DNA of 45,775 bases, counting the filler, from Jimgerdemannia flammicorona (taxonomy: Eukaryota), in NCBI GenBank assembly GCA_003990765.1. It is 2 parts of 2 records of this genome, joined end to end, with 100 filler letters (N's around TTAATTAATTAA, not from the genome) between each part and the next. Parts side by side here need not be neighbours in the genome. Positions count along the whole stretch, not along the records: positions 22,940 to 45,775 come from RBNJ01001195.1; 1 more part is not named here. One strand, given 5' to 3'. A program made the position numbers and the translations under genes. Below, one piece after another: positions 22,840 through 35,200 of the stretch; the stretch's first letter is position 1, and the number at the start of each line of letters is the position of its first letter. Below the pieces are notes generated by a model. It was not told where the DNA came from. It searched no databases and saw only the letters and a program-made list of their open reading frames with translations.

Positions 22840-22939
22840 NNNNNNNNNNNNNNNNNNNNNNNNNNNNNNNNNNNNNNNNNNNNTTAATTAATTAANNNNN
22901 NNNNNNNNNNNNNNNNNNNNNNNNNNNNNNNNNNNNNNN
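22840..22939. other. Artificial contig linker N44-TTAATTAATTAA-N44
   Basis: Exactly 100 bp, with a palindromic all-frame stop linker between N runs. Confidence 0.97.
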
Positions 22940-24157
22940 CCTTCTGTAGCAGTGGCACCCAACCTCCGCCCTGCAGTTCCTCAGCCCTCTTCAACCACCA
23001 AGCTCGCAAGCAGTGCAGCCTCTTAGGAAAATCCACCAGGCCAAGACCACCCCTAACTACCGGCATCGCAAGAGTATCCCAACTGATCTGGGACCTCCTT
23101 CCCGCCCAAATCCAATCCCTAGCCATCTTCATCAACTTCTTCACCACCCATGCTGGGAAGTCAAGGTGATATGCCACATACCACAGCTTGGGGAACCAAT
23201 ATACATTCAGAATTGTCACCCGCCACGCTAGAGAAATATGGCGCCCTCTCCATCCTCGCAGGGTCTCCCCCCAAATATCCACCCTGCTCTCCCACCAAAC
23301 TCGTGGCAAGACAGAACCATATACAGAGAGGAAGACGCCCAGGTACCACACCACCTCACCAGCAGGGACAATTGTTCCAATGACGTCCCCACCCACTAGC
23401 CCATTCCCTAGCACCATTGTCTCACACTTATGCCAGTTGAGCTTCGCCCTGGAGTGTGCCTCATACCATTCCACAGTCTCCTGAAGCACCTCGACATCCG
23501 CCACAGACCCAAGTCCAACCACCATATCATCAGCAAAGGCCCCCACCTTCCACTCGATGCCATAAATGGAGAGCCCTACCACCCTCCGGCAAATCCTATC
23601 CATCAGCTGCTCCAGCAAAAGGGCATAGAGAATAGGGGACAGAGGGTCCCCCTGAGGAACTCCTCTTCCCAAGGAGAATGCCCTCCCATGGTGACCATTA
23701 CACGTCAGAGCTGCCCTACTACCCTCCAGCAGACTCAGCATAGAGGCCCTAAACCTTGGGGGAACCCCAATCCGGTCTAACACCTTGCCCAGCCACACCC
23801 GCCGTACCCTGTCATAGGCCTTCTCCTGATCCAAAAAGACCAACCTTCTATCCAGCCCACAGGCCCGGACCCCTTCAATGACTCCATGGACCCATGCCAT
23901 CCCATCCCTTATGAGTCTGTCCCTAACAAAGCCCCGCTGCTCCTCCCCCAGCACCTGTTGGGCAACTTTCTGTAGCCTCGCAACAATCACCTTAGTCACC
24001 ATTTTCCTGTCCATATCCAGAAGCATGATCGGCCTCCAGTTCTTCCAGTCCTCTCTTCTCCCCTTATCTTTGAACAATAGGGCCACCAGCCCAAGATCCT
24101 GCTCCCCAACCCACTCACCACTCTGAAGGACATGGTCACAGAGATCAGCCATCTCCC
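22940..24157 (-). mobile_element. Young 5'-truncated LINE (family C); RT frame open up to the gap
   Basis: ORF 22884..24215: WRPIMLLDMDRK, FLDQEKAYDRV, GVPQGDPLSP, AFADDM. No stops, and many CpGs retained. Confidence 0.92.
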
Positions 24158-26560
24158 TCCTCCTCAGTAATCTCTTGCAGCCTCTTTCAGCTTGATCTAC
24201 TGGATGTCTATTCACACGCCCTCATGTACCCAGCCTATGATCTTTCCCTGAATGTCTGCCTCCCAAGAGTCCCACAACACCTTCTCAGCCAGCAGGAAGG
24301 AGTTAAGACACCAATGTCCAGATCCATCTCTACTTCTCTCAAACTGCCCCTACCCTAACTATCCCCAGTGGTCTGACCATGGGCACCACTTCACCTCCAG
24401 TATTCTCCAAACATCCAGACCCCAGCATTTGGCTGTCAGAATCCAGTCAATCCTTATCCTAAGGCCATTCACCCAATGCATATAAATCCTCTTTTTTCTC
24501 CACTGTATTCAACTCATATCTCCTAAGGAGCTAAGGTTCTCCACCTCCTCCTATGCATTCAGGCTATCACTTCTTCCACCAGTACTCCTCTCTCCATCTG
24601 TTCTATCCAACTGAGGATTCTACACCATATTGAAATCCACTTCCAGAATATCCACCCCATCTTTCAGAAATATGCCCTCCTCCAAAAGACCTCCCTCTCC
24701 TTATCAACCTCATACCCCTCCTCCTCTAGAAGAATTGCAAGCACCTCCACCTTCAGTGTCTCTACTACTCCATTACTATGCAGAATCTGTGTTCAATGCT
24801 CCTTGCTCATCACTCTCAGGTCCACTTCTCTCAACTCTTCAGCTGCAAAGTTATTCATCATCTGATACATCAACAGTAGGTTTCCCACCTTCTTCTCTCC
24901 TGGCATCACTAGCCTCTCAGTATCCAGCATTGTGGTATTTGTCTTTACACTCACAGTCTTATCTCACCTCTCCTCCAGGATATCCACCAGCTCATCCTCA
25001 CCAACTGCAACTATCTGTTCCCCTTTCACTATGTCAGGAACTCTAAAGTATACTCACTGGGTACTATACATCAGCACATCTTCTGCCATCTTGCTTCTCT
25101 CAGCTGGACCTCTCCTGACTAGAGGGGGAGTATTATTCAATACTTCTTCCCAGATATTGAATGTACCATCAGTGCAAGGGTCATTGTGTGGTATCTTCCT
25201 GGCCCCATCCAGGCCCTTCTCTCCATTCTCTCCTCTCTCACTAGCCCAGACACTCACTTTAGCACCTCTAGACTCCTCAGCTCCACCAGCATTCTTCTTT
25301 TCCCCTCCTTCTATGCTTGCCAACAACTCCCTCTATCTCTTGTACTCTTGAGGTCTCTTCTATTGCCTCTTGTCAGTATGAATATGTTTTCCATCCACAA
25401 TTTCCAAATATATAGACTCTTCATACATCTTTCAGACCTTTATCCTCTACTCTACTATCCTGGTTATCTCCTCTAGAGCCTCCAACAGATTCTTCTCCTC
25501 CTTCTCACTCTCTTTCATCATTTACACCTTACAGATGGAGGCCCCCCACAATATAACAAAAGGCCAGTTGCTCATCTTCCCTATAGCCTCTCTCCCTGCT
25601 AGTCTAATCCTGATGTCAAAATTATCAGTTCTGAAAGTATTCCCCTCCTATATCTGGAATCCAATATTGACTACATTACCATACTCAGCCATCACCTTCT
25701 CTGCCCTCCTCCTATTCTCAACCTTCATCACCATAGGAACCCCCTTCACCAGTAACTGAACCACTCTGGGGTCTGATCTCAAATACTGCACCATAGAGAC
25801 CACTATCTCTCCTACTGCCACTCAAGTCTTCAAAGCTTCCTCTAGTAGACCTGCCTCCTCAAAACCCACCTCAACCCCCTCCAATTCCTTCAGAAACATC
25901 ACTGAGGCAGCTCCAGCCACTTGCTCCAATATAATCCCTAGAATCATCTTTACCATTACTGCTAAGCTCTGGAAGTACAAGATTACAGCAAACTCCAAAA
26001 TTGACTTCTTGAGTAATAGTGCCACTGCTAGCCCTATTATACTATCAGCCAGGTCTCCTTTCCTCTTTGGTCCCACCTGCCCAGTTTTACCATCAATAGT
26101 CACATATGGATTTTTTTCTAGATTCCCAGTCATGCTACCATCAGTAGTCTCCCCCCTACTCCTGGCAGCTGCTCTACCAGCCCTTCCACCCACCAGTTGA
26201 TGAGCTACATCTTCCACTTCTTCTTCTCTCTGCTTTTCTATTCACTCTGTCTGCCCATCACAAGATCCAACAAGCCATCTGCTAGTCTTCAGCATATTGG
26301 CTAAGCTTCTCCTCTTCCACCCTCCTACTTCTTCCCCAGTACTGTTACTACTATCTGAACTGCCCTGCCCACTTAGACCACTAAGAGACCCAATCCCTAA
26401 TCCATACCATCATCCAACATATTGCTAGTCAAAGGCTCCAGGTCCACTCAACCTAGTACACATGTTGGCTTACTTATTGGTTACTATGAGCTTAGTATCT
26501 TTCTCCAATAAATGCTCTGAAAGCATGTTGGAGAAGTGTGTGTTACATGAGTGGTAACTG
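24158..26560 (-). mobile_element. Older LINE 5' half (5'UTR, ORF1, part of EN), heavily mutated, with an internal deletion (approximate boundaries)
   Basis: Homologous to ~40050-43050 (LLKKSILEFAV, GVEVGFEEAG, DGTFN, VDFNMV, RIDWILTA, WSDH). Confidence 0.85.
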
Positions 26561-26884
26561 AGAAAGGTGCGAATGTGGCCTGTTGCTGTTGCTGTTGAAC
26601 ATGTTTATGGTTCATTGTCAGAAAAAAAATATTTTGGAGATCAAAATAAAGAAAGCAAACTGCCAAGCTTTCAAAATAGCTAAGGGAACTCTATGGGAGC
26701 CAGAATACTCTTTTATTACTATGTTTTATTTCTAGTTTTATACAATATCTTACATATAAGTCTTAGATAGCTAAATTTACAGTTACATGTAAAACCATAA
26801 TGTCTAAGACAAAATAAAGCATGCCAATGCTTTTAGGATAGTATAAACCAACTCTGAAATGGTCCAGAACCAAGTAAAGCTTAG

Positions 26885-27050
26885 TTATATATCACTCTCG
26901 GAATAAATTCAGAAATCACATACAAGATTATAAAACTGGGTCAAACTGAAATTATAGATTATGAAGCTGGGTCAAACTGAAGTCACAGATTACAAAGCTG
27001 AGTCAATCTGAAGTCATAGAATACAAGATTTGTATAAATAGAATATTAAC
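26885..27050 (-). repeat. Inverted copy of the 5503-5670 repeat, with 30-bp tandem units
   Basis: agattat(a/g)aa(a/g)ctgggtcaaactgaa units x3. Confidence 0.7.
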
Positions 27051-27052
27051 AA

Positions 27053-28560
27053 TTAAGACCAAAAGTATATATACCAAATATACTACTTGTCAAAATAGAG
27101 AACCACATCAAATCAGATATATAACAATAACTCTCAAAAATATACCCAACTATAATCTAACTACATCTGTACTGACATTTTGAATGCCATTGTCAACAGA
27201 GCTACAGTTCCTCTATCCCTCATGAATATCTATAGTCTAATACCTCTCTATTTTATAGAAGCCCAATGGAATACTCTGAACATACTTAGCAAAGCCTCCT
27301 GATTTAGACAAATCTCAGCTACTACTAGATCAGTCACCTCCTAAAAGATATGGTTAGCTATCACTATGATATAGATATTACCAAAATGTCTCAATATCTG
27401 AAACTTACTACTCACAAATACTGAGAATTATTTTATAAGTAAAGTACCTTTATTCTCTATCTCTGAGTTACAACTACTGAAATAGTTACTACTCTGTCCT
27501 ATGGCCAAATCAATGATATGGTACCAGAACTCAACCACAAGTATATCAAATATGCCCAAACTATAGACAGACCCTTCCTATACTCTAATGAATAAATCCT
27601 GCAAATGCCCCAAGTTGGATATGCTATAAAGGATATCTATGATATAATCCAGCTTGATAATGATGAAGCAGAAGACAATGATCTCTCTGATACTAATATG
27701 ATCTCTAGTCAAGGATCTCTGCCAACCCTGATCACCCTGCCAATTTTGCCAATGAACTCACAATAGTTTAAAACCATCTATAAGACCTATTGGAATAATG
27801 ACTATTGGTATGATTACTAATCTGCATTTATACTTAATTACTTCAACTATAATAAAGAGACTGGAGAACATAACTTATACCTATAGACAACTCTCAAGAT
27901 CAAACCAAACAAAATAAACTACAGCTGCCAGCATACTATATGTAATCCTATAATAAATAGTACTATAATCTACCAAAGATATACTGATCATAAATATAAT
28001 GAAAATGAAAATTATATATCCCTTCTCTACCCACCAACATTCTACTCAGCATGTAAGATAGATTATATGATTCTGTAAGATATTAACATGGTTCCAACCT
28101 ACTATTCCATAAATAAACAGAGAGATATAATTCAAGAACCACTCTTTCTAAATAACTACTTCATCAGAGATAATGTCATCGATAGTGATCCTATTGAAGA
28201 ATACCCAGACAGCATTTAAATCTATCAATATCTTAGCAGTCATTAGTATAGTTAGATTAGCCTTATACTATACGACTGTATACTGACTCAGTAGTCAGAT
28301 GATCTCTTGATATATCAGTTTACTATTATATTATATGACTGTATTCTGACTCATCAGAGTTCTAAGTACTAGACCTATATTCAGCATAGTTCAGATTGTC
28401 TCCCATTAGTATAAATATCCACTCCCTCTGATCTCAAAAACGCAGACAGAAATATAGATAAGTATATAGTCAAGAATACTTCTCTATATAAATATCTCTT
28501 TACATACTACTCCTAGTATAGCTATATTATAAATAGCAAATAAACCAATTTAATAGTCAA
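27053..28560 (+). mobile_element. 3' remnant of a fourth Gypsy: ORF3 copy D plus an LTR-like tail, very degenerate (approximate boundaries)
   Basis: From 27320: YY*ISHLL..TTHKY*ELFYK*STFILYL*VTTTEIVTTLSYGQIND matches the ORF3 motif. An acidic tail runs to ~28218 and TATAAATA is at ~28409. Confidence 0.55.
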
Positions 28561-28941
28561 CAAACTACTCTTAAGTAAATCCATACTACATTAGGTCTTA
28601 CTTATAACTAAATTCTGAAATTTTCTAATTAAGTATTGTCTGTAGTAATATGTCAATTCAACTAAGCTGACCTTAGTTTCTTAAACTTTCTGAAATATGG
28701 AATATTCTGAACATTTAGAACAACTTTGAAAAAAGAACTATAATTAAGACATAAATCTAATCTTGTAATCAATAAATATAGAGAATATACTCTATATGAA
28801 AATGATCTTGACCTTAAGAAAATAGTCTTTCTGAATATCTAGAACTTCCAGAAACTCTTCCAGAACTATATAATGATACTCTAATATAGTAACTCTCTAA
28901 TAGTAGTACAGTCTGACTCTCACTATAAATATTATCAATAT

Positions 28942-29407
28942 TGTAACAGTATAGCTAGATTTGGAAGAAGGAAATAGAGAACAGACACTTGATTGCACCC
29001 AGTCCCAAAGTAGTATAGCCACATAGTTAGCAGTTCTTGATTTTGCCACTTGCTAAATATTTCACAAAGTACAAGATTGAGCTTCTCAATATAGTATAGC
29101 ATTTTGCAACTGGCAAAATATTTCACAAAGTGTTAAATGACTCATAAAATTAGCCATGTAACCCAGTAACCATCTCATAGCTAGCAAACTTGTATAAATA
29201 ACCCAGTATCTTCGAGTGAATAAACCTCAGATCGAAATAGTTCAAAGTAAAGAGATAGCAAAGGAACTAGTAAGGCTGTGGACAGATACACTTCAAACTC
29301 ACCCACCCTCCCCTACAACTCAAAGGACTCTGAGGAGTCAGAGAAGATCAAGTTTCAAGATACAGAAATCTGATGTACTTTCAAGAGTAAGCATCTGCTA
29401 TGATACA
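28942..29407 (+). repeat. 5' LTR
   Basis: TGTAACAG..TGATACA, with TATAAATAA ~29192 and AATAAA ~29219. Matches 36532-36997. Confidence 0.96.
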
Positions 29408-29410
29408 ACT

Positions 29411-29428
29411 TGGTGCCTATTGGCCAGT
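29411..29428 (+). promoter_or_regulatory. Primer-binding site (tRNA not assigned)
   Basis: TGGTGCCTATTGGCC, 3 nt after the LTR. Confidence 0.8.
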
Positions 29429-29521
29429 GATTTAAGATGAATCCCCCACTTTCAAGCTGAACAATGAACAACTACCCCTACCTGAACAACCATACAAACC
29501 GAGCCCCAATATCCAGACAAG

Positions 29522-32260
29522 ATAGATATGAGACCACCAGTATTCCATGGATATACCTCAGATAAATCAATCATCACCTTCATTGACGATTTCGAGCAGT
29601 ATACCACTGTAAGAACTCTGACAGCAGCACAGCAAGTAGCCCTCATGCTCTTCAGCCTATGAGGTCCTGCCAGAGCAGCATTCATAGCCGCAACCTATGT
29701 AGGAAATGATGCCGATGCTATACTGACAGCACAGAAGACCTGTCTCCGAAATAAATATTATACAGATGAGATCAAGCAAGCCCTGAAGGATCAGCTCAAT
29801 ATAATATGCCAAGGAATGAGTGAGGATCCAAACACATTCTATACCAGAATTCGATATCAGATAGTTCTTGCAAACTATGCTGCTGCTATCCAAGATCAAG
29901 TAGCTGAAGCAACCTTCATGAAAGGAGTCCATCCAGAAATAGCCATGGCCATCCACTCATCACCAGTGATTCTGGATCTGCCACAAAAGGTCACCTATGC
30001 TCAGTGATACTAGATAGCCAGACACCCACAAGACCATACAATGGAGAGAGTTACAGGAGTCAGAATCGAGGCACCTAAGTTAATCAGTGTGATCTCCACT
30101 ATAATGATCAATCAAAACACACCTCAGCCCAAAGCTACAAAGCAGCAAAAGAACAGTGACCCTTTGGAGAAACTTACCAAGAGGTTCGTGGAAATGACTG
30201 CTGAATTGGGGGATGTAGTAAAGGAGATCAGAGGATGGGGGGAGGCCCTTTGAGGTTGGGGAGACCACCATATCTCTCTAGTAGGGTGGGTAGAAATTTT
30301 GAATGTGTACTGGTTTCCCAAGCTGTGGTATGTGGCCTACCACCTTGACTTCCCAGCTTGGGTGGTGAAGAGGCTGACGAAGGTGGCTAGAGATTGGATT
30401 TGGGCAGGGCAGAGGTCCCAGATCAGTTGGGATACTCTTGTGACACTGGTGGTCAGGGGAGATCTTGGCCTTGTAGATTTCCCTAAGAGGTTGCACTGCT
30501 TGTGAGTCTGGTGGTTGAAGAGAACAGCTGAATTGCAAGGAGGGGGTTGAGTGCCTCTGTTGCAGAAGGTGTGGGAGATGTGAACCTCCCCTCAATGATC
30601 CTCTGGAGACCTACTCTCTTTGGTGGGGCTCAAAGAAATTCAGAGGCTGAGATTTAGGGGCTTTTGGTGGGGAGTAGTCAATGGAGTACACCAAATTGGT
30701 CTGCGCTGGCAAGACAATGAGGGGGAGATGTTGTGGGGACCTCATATGTGGTGATGAGATAGATTGCTACTGAGGGGTGCTCCACTTGCTGCTTTTGATA
30801 TTGGGGACAGAGTGGAGTGTCAGCAGGGTCTTGGCCAGGATCTTTGGCAAAGTGGCTGGCAGGCAGTCGGGATTGGCGAGGAGTGGGACTGGGCAGGTAT
30901 CTGGTCTTAGAGTGCTAAGGTACGGTGGTGGCTTCCCCCCAAGTTCTGGGTAGTGTGGTGGCAAATGCTGTGGTGGAATGTTATGCTGAATTTCTGTACT
31001 GGGCATCTGGTAGATGGTGGCTGTTTCGATTATGAGTAGTGTTACAATGTAGGGCAAGCTGGGGGTTTGGTGCAGACACTGGAATATTGGCTGGGAGAGT
31101 GTGAGGTTTTGGGGGACTTTTGGGTTGAAATAGGAGATAGGCTGGGTGTGGGGTGCAGGCTGGTGGGTGAGGGGGATCGCTGGGAGGACTTGAGGTCTCA
31201 GCTAATGGGGAGGGTGGGGGATAGTTGGCTCACTGTTGGGTGGGTGTTAGTAGTTTGGGTGGGATTGGCAGGACATTGGTTATTTGTGTTTGAGGAGGGG
31301 CAGCAGGTGAGCCTGTAGGAGAAGGTCTTAAGGTGGGAGGAGCTGCTGGGAGATCTGATGACTGGATGGTGGATATAGGTTGGGGTCCTTCAGGGGGGCG
31401 ATGGTAAGGTTTGGTGACAAGGATATGTGAACAGAGTCATGGGAGAGTGGAAATTGTTTTTGATAGGGTGGTGTTTCATCGAGAAGGGGTAGGGGGGAGG
31501 GTCCCCCCTAGGGGGATAGGGTAGGGGGTGGGTTCACTGTACTTATATGGGATAGATAGGTATAATAAAGGGAGAGTCTGAGTGACTATATAAAAAAAAA
31601 AAAGGAGATCAGAGGAAGAGACCACCACCCTGTCCAGAAGTTTTCTGCCACCTCAGACAAGAAGAAAGGCACCTACTATACTTGTGGAGAAGAAGGCCAC
31701 TACTCCTATGAATGCATGAGTGAAACCAAGTACAAGGCTCAACCAAGCAATGCTATATGAAACAAGGAGCAGGCCAATATAATTACCTTCAAGAAAATTA
31801 GAGATTCTGATAAAGAAGAATGGGAGGCCTATCCTGCTCAGACTACCAAGAAGGATGTTTGCAAGGAACCCTACAAGAGACCACCAGGAAGACCCAAGAA
31901 GAACCCAGTAGAAAAGCAGATGGAAACGGCCACCAAAAACCAAGCTGAAGAGATGGACCAAGATATGGAGCTGGAATAAGCAGTTCAAGATATTATCCAA
32001 GTAACTACCTCAGCCAGTGAAGGAGAAAAAGAAAAGAAACTTCGCAAGACCAAGACTTTTAAGTATGATATCTTCAAGGACCTTAGCTAACAAAAGGTTA
32101 ATGCAACCTTTGGTCAGCTTGCAGAAATCCCAACATTCAGACAACAAATGAGGTTCGGACTTGCCAGAACAACCAAGAAGCAAGGATGGAAGATAACTGA
32201 GGCCAATAACATTCAAGAGGACTCAGGAGAAGAAAGTGAAGACAATTGCACATCCTTTGC
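29522..32260 (+). pseudogene. gag: gag (capsid-like region, zinc knuckle, AT-hook-like motif), interrupted by a LINE
   Basis: MRPPVFHGY.., EDPNTFYTRI.., YYTCGEEGHYSYEC, KRPPGRPKK. Confidence 0.88.
30236..31600 (+). mobile_element. 5'-truncated LINE (family C) inserted in Gypsy gag
   Basis: Perfect 16-bp TSD AAAGGAGATCAGAGGA (30220-30235 / 31601-31616), AATAAA and poly(A). Encodes the ORF2 C-terminal half (NVYWFPKLWY). Confidence 0.96.
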
Positions 32261-35200
32261 CTATACTACCTGCCAGATTGAGGACCGAGTCTTTGAAGCC
32301 ATCATCGATACAGGAGCAGGAGGATGTCTCATCACTAAGAAAGCAGTAGACCACCTAGGCTGGGAGATAGAAGAAGCCACGAAATTGGTGTTTGTTACAG
32401 CTGATGGAATATGAGTAACATCTCTGGTAAAGATCTGGGATGTATCCATCAAGTTTGGAGAAGCCACCATCCCAGTAGATGTCATAATCACCAATGCAAC
32501 CAACTATGATATCCTCATTGGCAATCAATGGCTTCACAAAGCCAAGGCAATGATCGATCTCAGTGTACAGAAGATGCAAATCATCTACCAGGGAAAGAAG
32601 ATCAGAATTCCAATCAATGTCCACAAAGGAGTCCACCTGGAAATAGAGGAAGAGCAAGAAGAAGAAGCCTACATGGTTACTATAAAGAAAGGAAAAGATA
32701 AGCAGTGGACAGAGGAAGAATGGTACAAAAGGATTGCAGACAGATATGTCCCACTAGGAAGGTGCCCCCATGGTGAAAGAATGTACTATGCCCAGCACTT
32801 GGATTGCTGCTACTCCTGCATAATCAAAGTAAAAAAGATCTCCAACAAGCCAAAAAAGAACCAGGAGGAACCAGAAGATGGACCACCAGAGCTATTGAAT
32901 GACAGTGATGATGAAGAAGACATCACAGTCATGATACGAAGGATCCACCCCAATGCAGTCTTGCCACAGTAAAATTGGGGAATGCAGCAGGAATGGACCT
33001 ATCTATCACAATACACACAATCCTTGAACCGCAAACCACACTATGCTGGGAACAGAAATTGAAGTAACCATCCCACCAAATCATGTCAGAATCCTCAAAA
33101 CAAGGAGCAGCTTGGCGAAAAGCAAAATATCCATAGAAGGAGGAGTCATTAATTCAGATTATACAGTAGAAATCCTCCTCCTCACCAGGAATCATAATCC
33201 AACATTCCCATTTGAAGTAAAGAAGAAGGATCAGCTGGCACAAATGCTCATCCTACCTGTCCTTAATCCAAGAATCAAGGAAGTTGCAAACATCAGACAA
33301 ACTCAGTGAGGAAGAGCTGGATTCGGCTCTACAGGAAGAGGAGTCCTTGTATCAACCAAGATTATAGAATTGGAGCACAAGAAGGAGGAAAGCCAAGACA
33401 AACACACTTATGTAATCAGAAAGAACTTTCCCCTAAGGAAGGAGTTGCAGAACCTCTTGCATACATTTGAAGATATACTGGCTACAGATTTCAAGGACAT
33501 CAAGACTAAGAAACCCTTGCACTATCAATACATCAATACTGGAGATGCAAAACCAATCTATCAAAAAGCCTACCCCATTCTGCTAGCATACAGAGAATGG
33601 CTCAAGACTGAAATCAAGGAAATGGAGAAATCCAGTATCATTAAGGAAGCCAGCAGCCCTTGGTCTTCACCTATTGTCCTTGTACCAAAGAAAGGAAGCC
33701 AACCAGGAGAATTTGCACCAAGACTCTGCACAGACTATAGAAGACTCAACGAGGTCACAGAGAAGGATAGACAACCATTGCCCAACATTGGTGACATTCT
33801 TATCATGCTGGGGAATGAATCACGATTTTACACCACTCTGGATCTGTTCTCAGGATTCTACCAAATTGGTCTTACACCTGAAGCCAGCAAAAGATCAGTC
33901 TTCATCACTCCTAATGGAATCTATGTCTATCTCCACATGCCCTTTGGAATGTGCAATGCACTAGCAAGCTTCCAGCGAATGATGAATAGCATCTTCAGGG
34001 ATGTTATAGAAAAATGGATAATGGTATACATGGATGATGTGATCATCTTCAGCTGAACAGCCAAGGAGTACTTGGAATATATCAAGGAAATCCTCAGAAG
34101 GCTTTGCAAAAATGGCCTCTACATCAAGCCCAAGAAATGTAAATTTGGAGAAGAAGAAATCACATACCTTGGACACATCATTAACCACAAAGGAATAAAT
34201 ACAGATCCCACAAAGATCAAGGCAGTAGCAGTATATCCGGTACCCACCAGTGTCACTGAAGCCTGAGCCTTCATGGGACTAGCATCCTATTACAGGAGAT
34301 TTAATCGAAGATTCTCCCATATTGCCAGCCCTATCTATGATCTGTTCAGAAAAGAGGTCAAGTTCCAGTGGACATAACAACAGTAACTAGCCTTTGATGA
34401 ACTCAAGATCAGACTGACCCAGGCCCAAATCTTGAGAAGACCTGACTGGACACAAGAATTTATTCTACAGACAGATGTCTGTACAATGGGACTTAGAGCT
34501 ATTCTTACACAGAAGAAGAATGGTGCTGAGTATGTAGTAGCCTATCTCAGCCAAGGTACTCGTGGAGCAGAGCAGTCCTATGAGCCATACAAGCTAGATT
34601 GTCTTGCAGTCATCTGGGCTGTAGAGAAGTTCCACTATTACCTGGCAGGAAAACACTTCACCATCCAGACAGACCACTCAGCACTCACCTGGTTGCTCAC
34701 CACCAGTGAACCCAAAGGAATCTATGCCTGATGGATCATGAAGCTGCAAGTATATAATGCCACAATCACTCACCGCCCCAGAAGAATCAATGCCAATACT
34801 GACGCCCTCTCACAGACACCCCAATGGACCCCACCCTAACAAAATCACCATGAATAGGGAGCTGTACTATGGAATCATCAGCTACCTGAGGCAGTGAAAG
34901 ATGCCCCTGCATCTGGAAGAATGGACAAAAACAATTATTAATTGGAAATGGAAACAATTTGAAACTGATGGAGAAATACTCAAGAAAGGACAACAATTAG
35001 TCATCCCCAAGCACTGGAAGAATCAAGTAATGAAAGAAGTACATGAATAAGGCCACATAGGAGGAACAAATACATATGACAAAGCAAGAAGAACCATGTG
35101 GTGGCCTGGAATGGAAGAAGATATCAGACAATTCACCAGAACCTGTGACAAATGCCAGAAACAGAAACAAGACCAATGAAACCAGGCCCTGGGATCAACA

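Noticed and set aside
22884..22895. TTAATTAATTAA palindrome as a biological site, and the ORFs crossing it
   Set aside because: It is a synthetic linker between N runs.
22734..26560. A single LINE spanning the gap, with the poly(T) as its tail
   Set aside because: Orientation is compatible, but the interrupted Gypsy does not resume after 26560 and the join is artificial, so contiguity is unsupported.
29216..29440. ORFs inside the LTRs (also 36806..37021)
   Set aside because: They are short GTG-start frames, duplicated only because the LTRs are duplicated.
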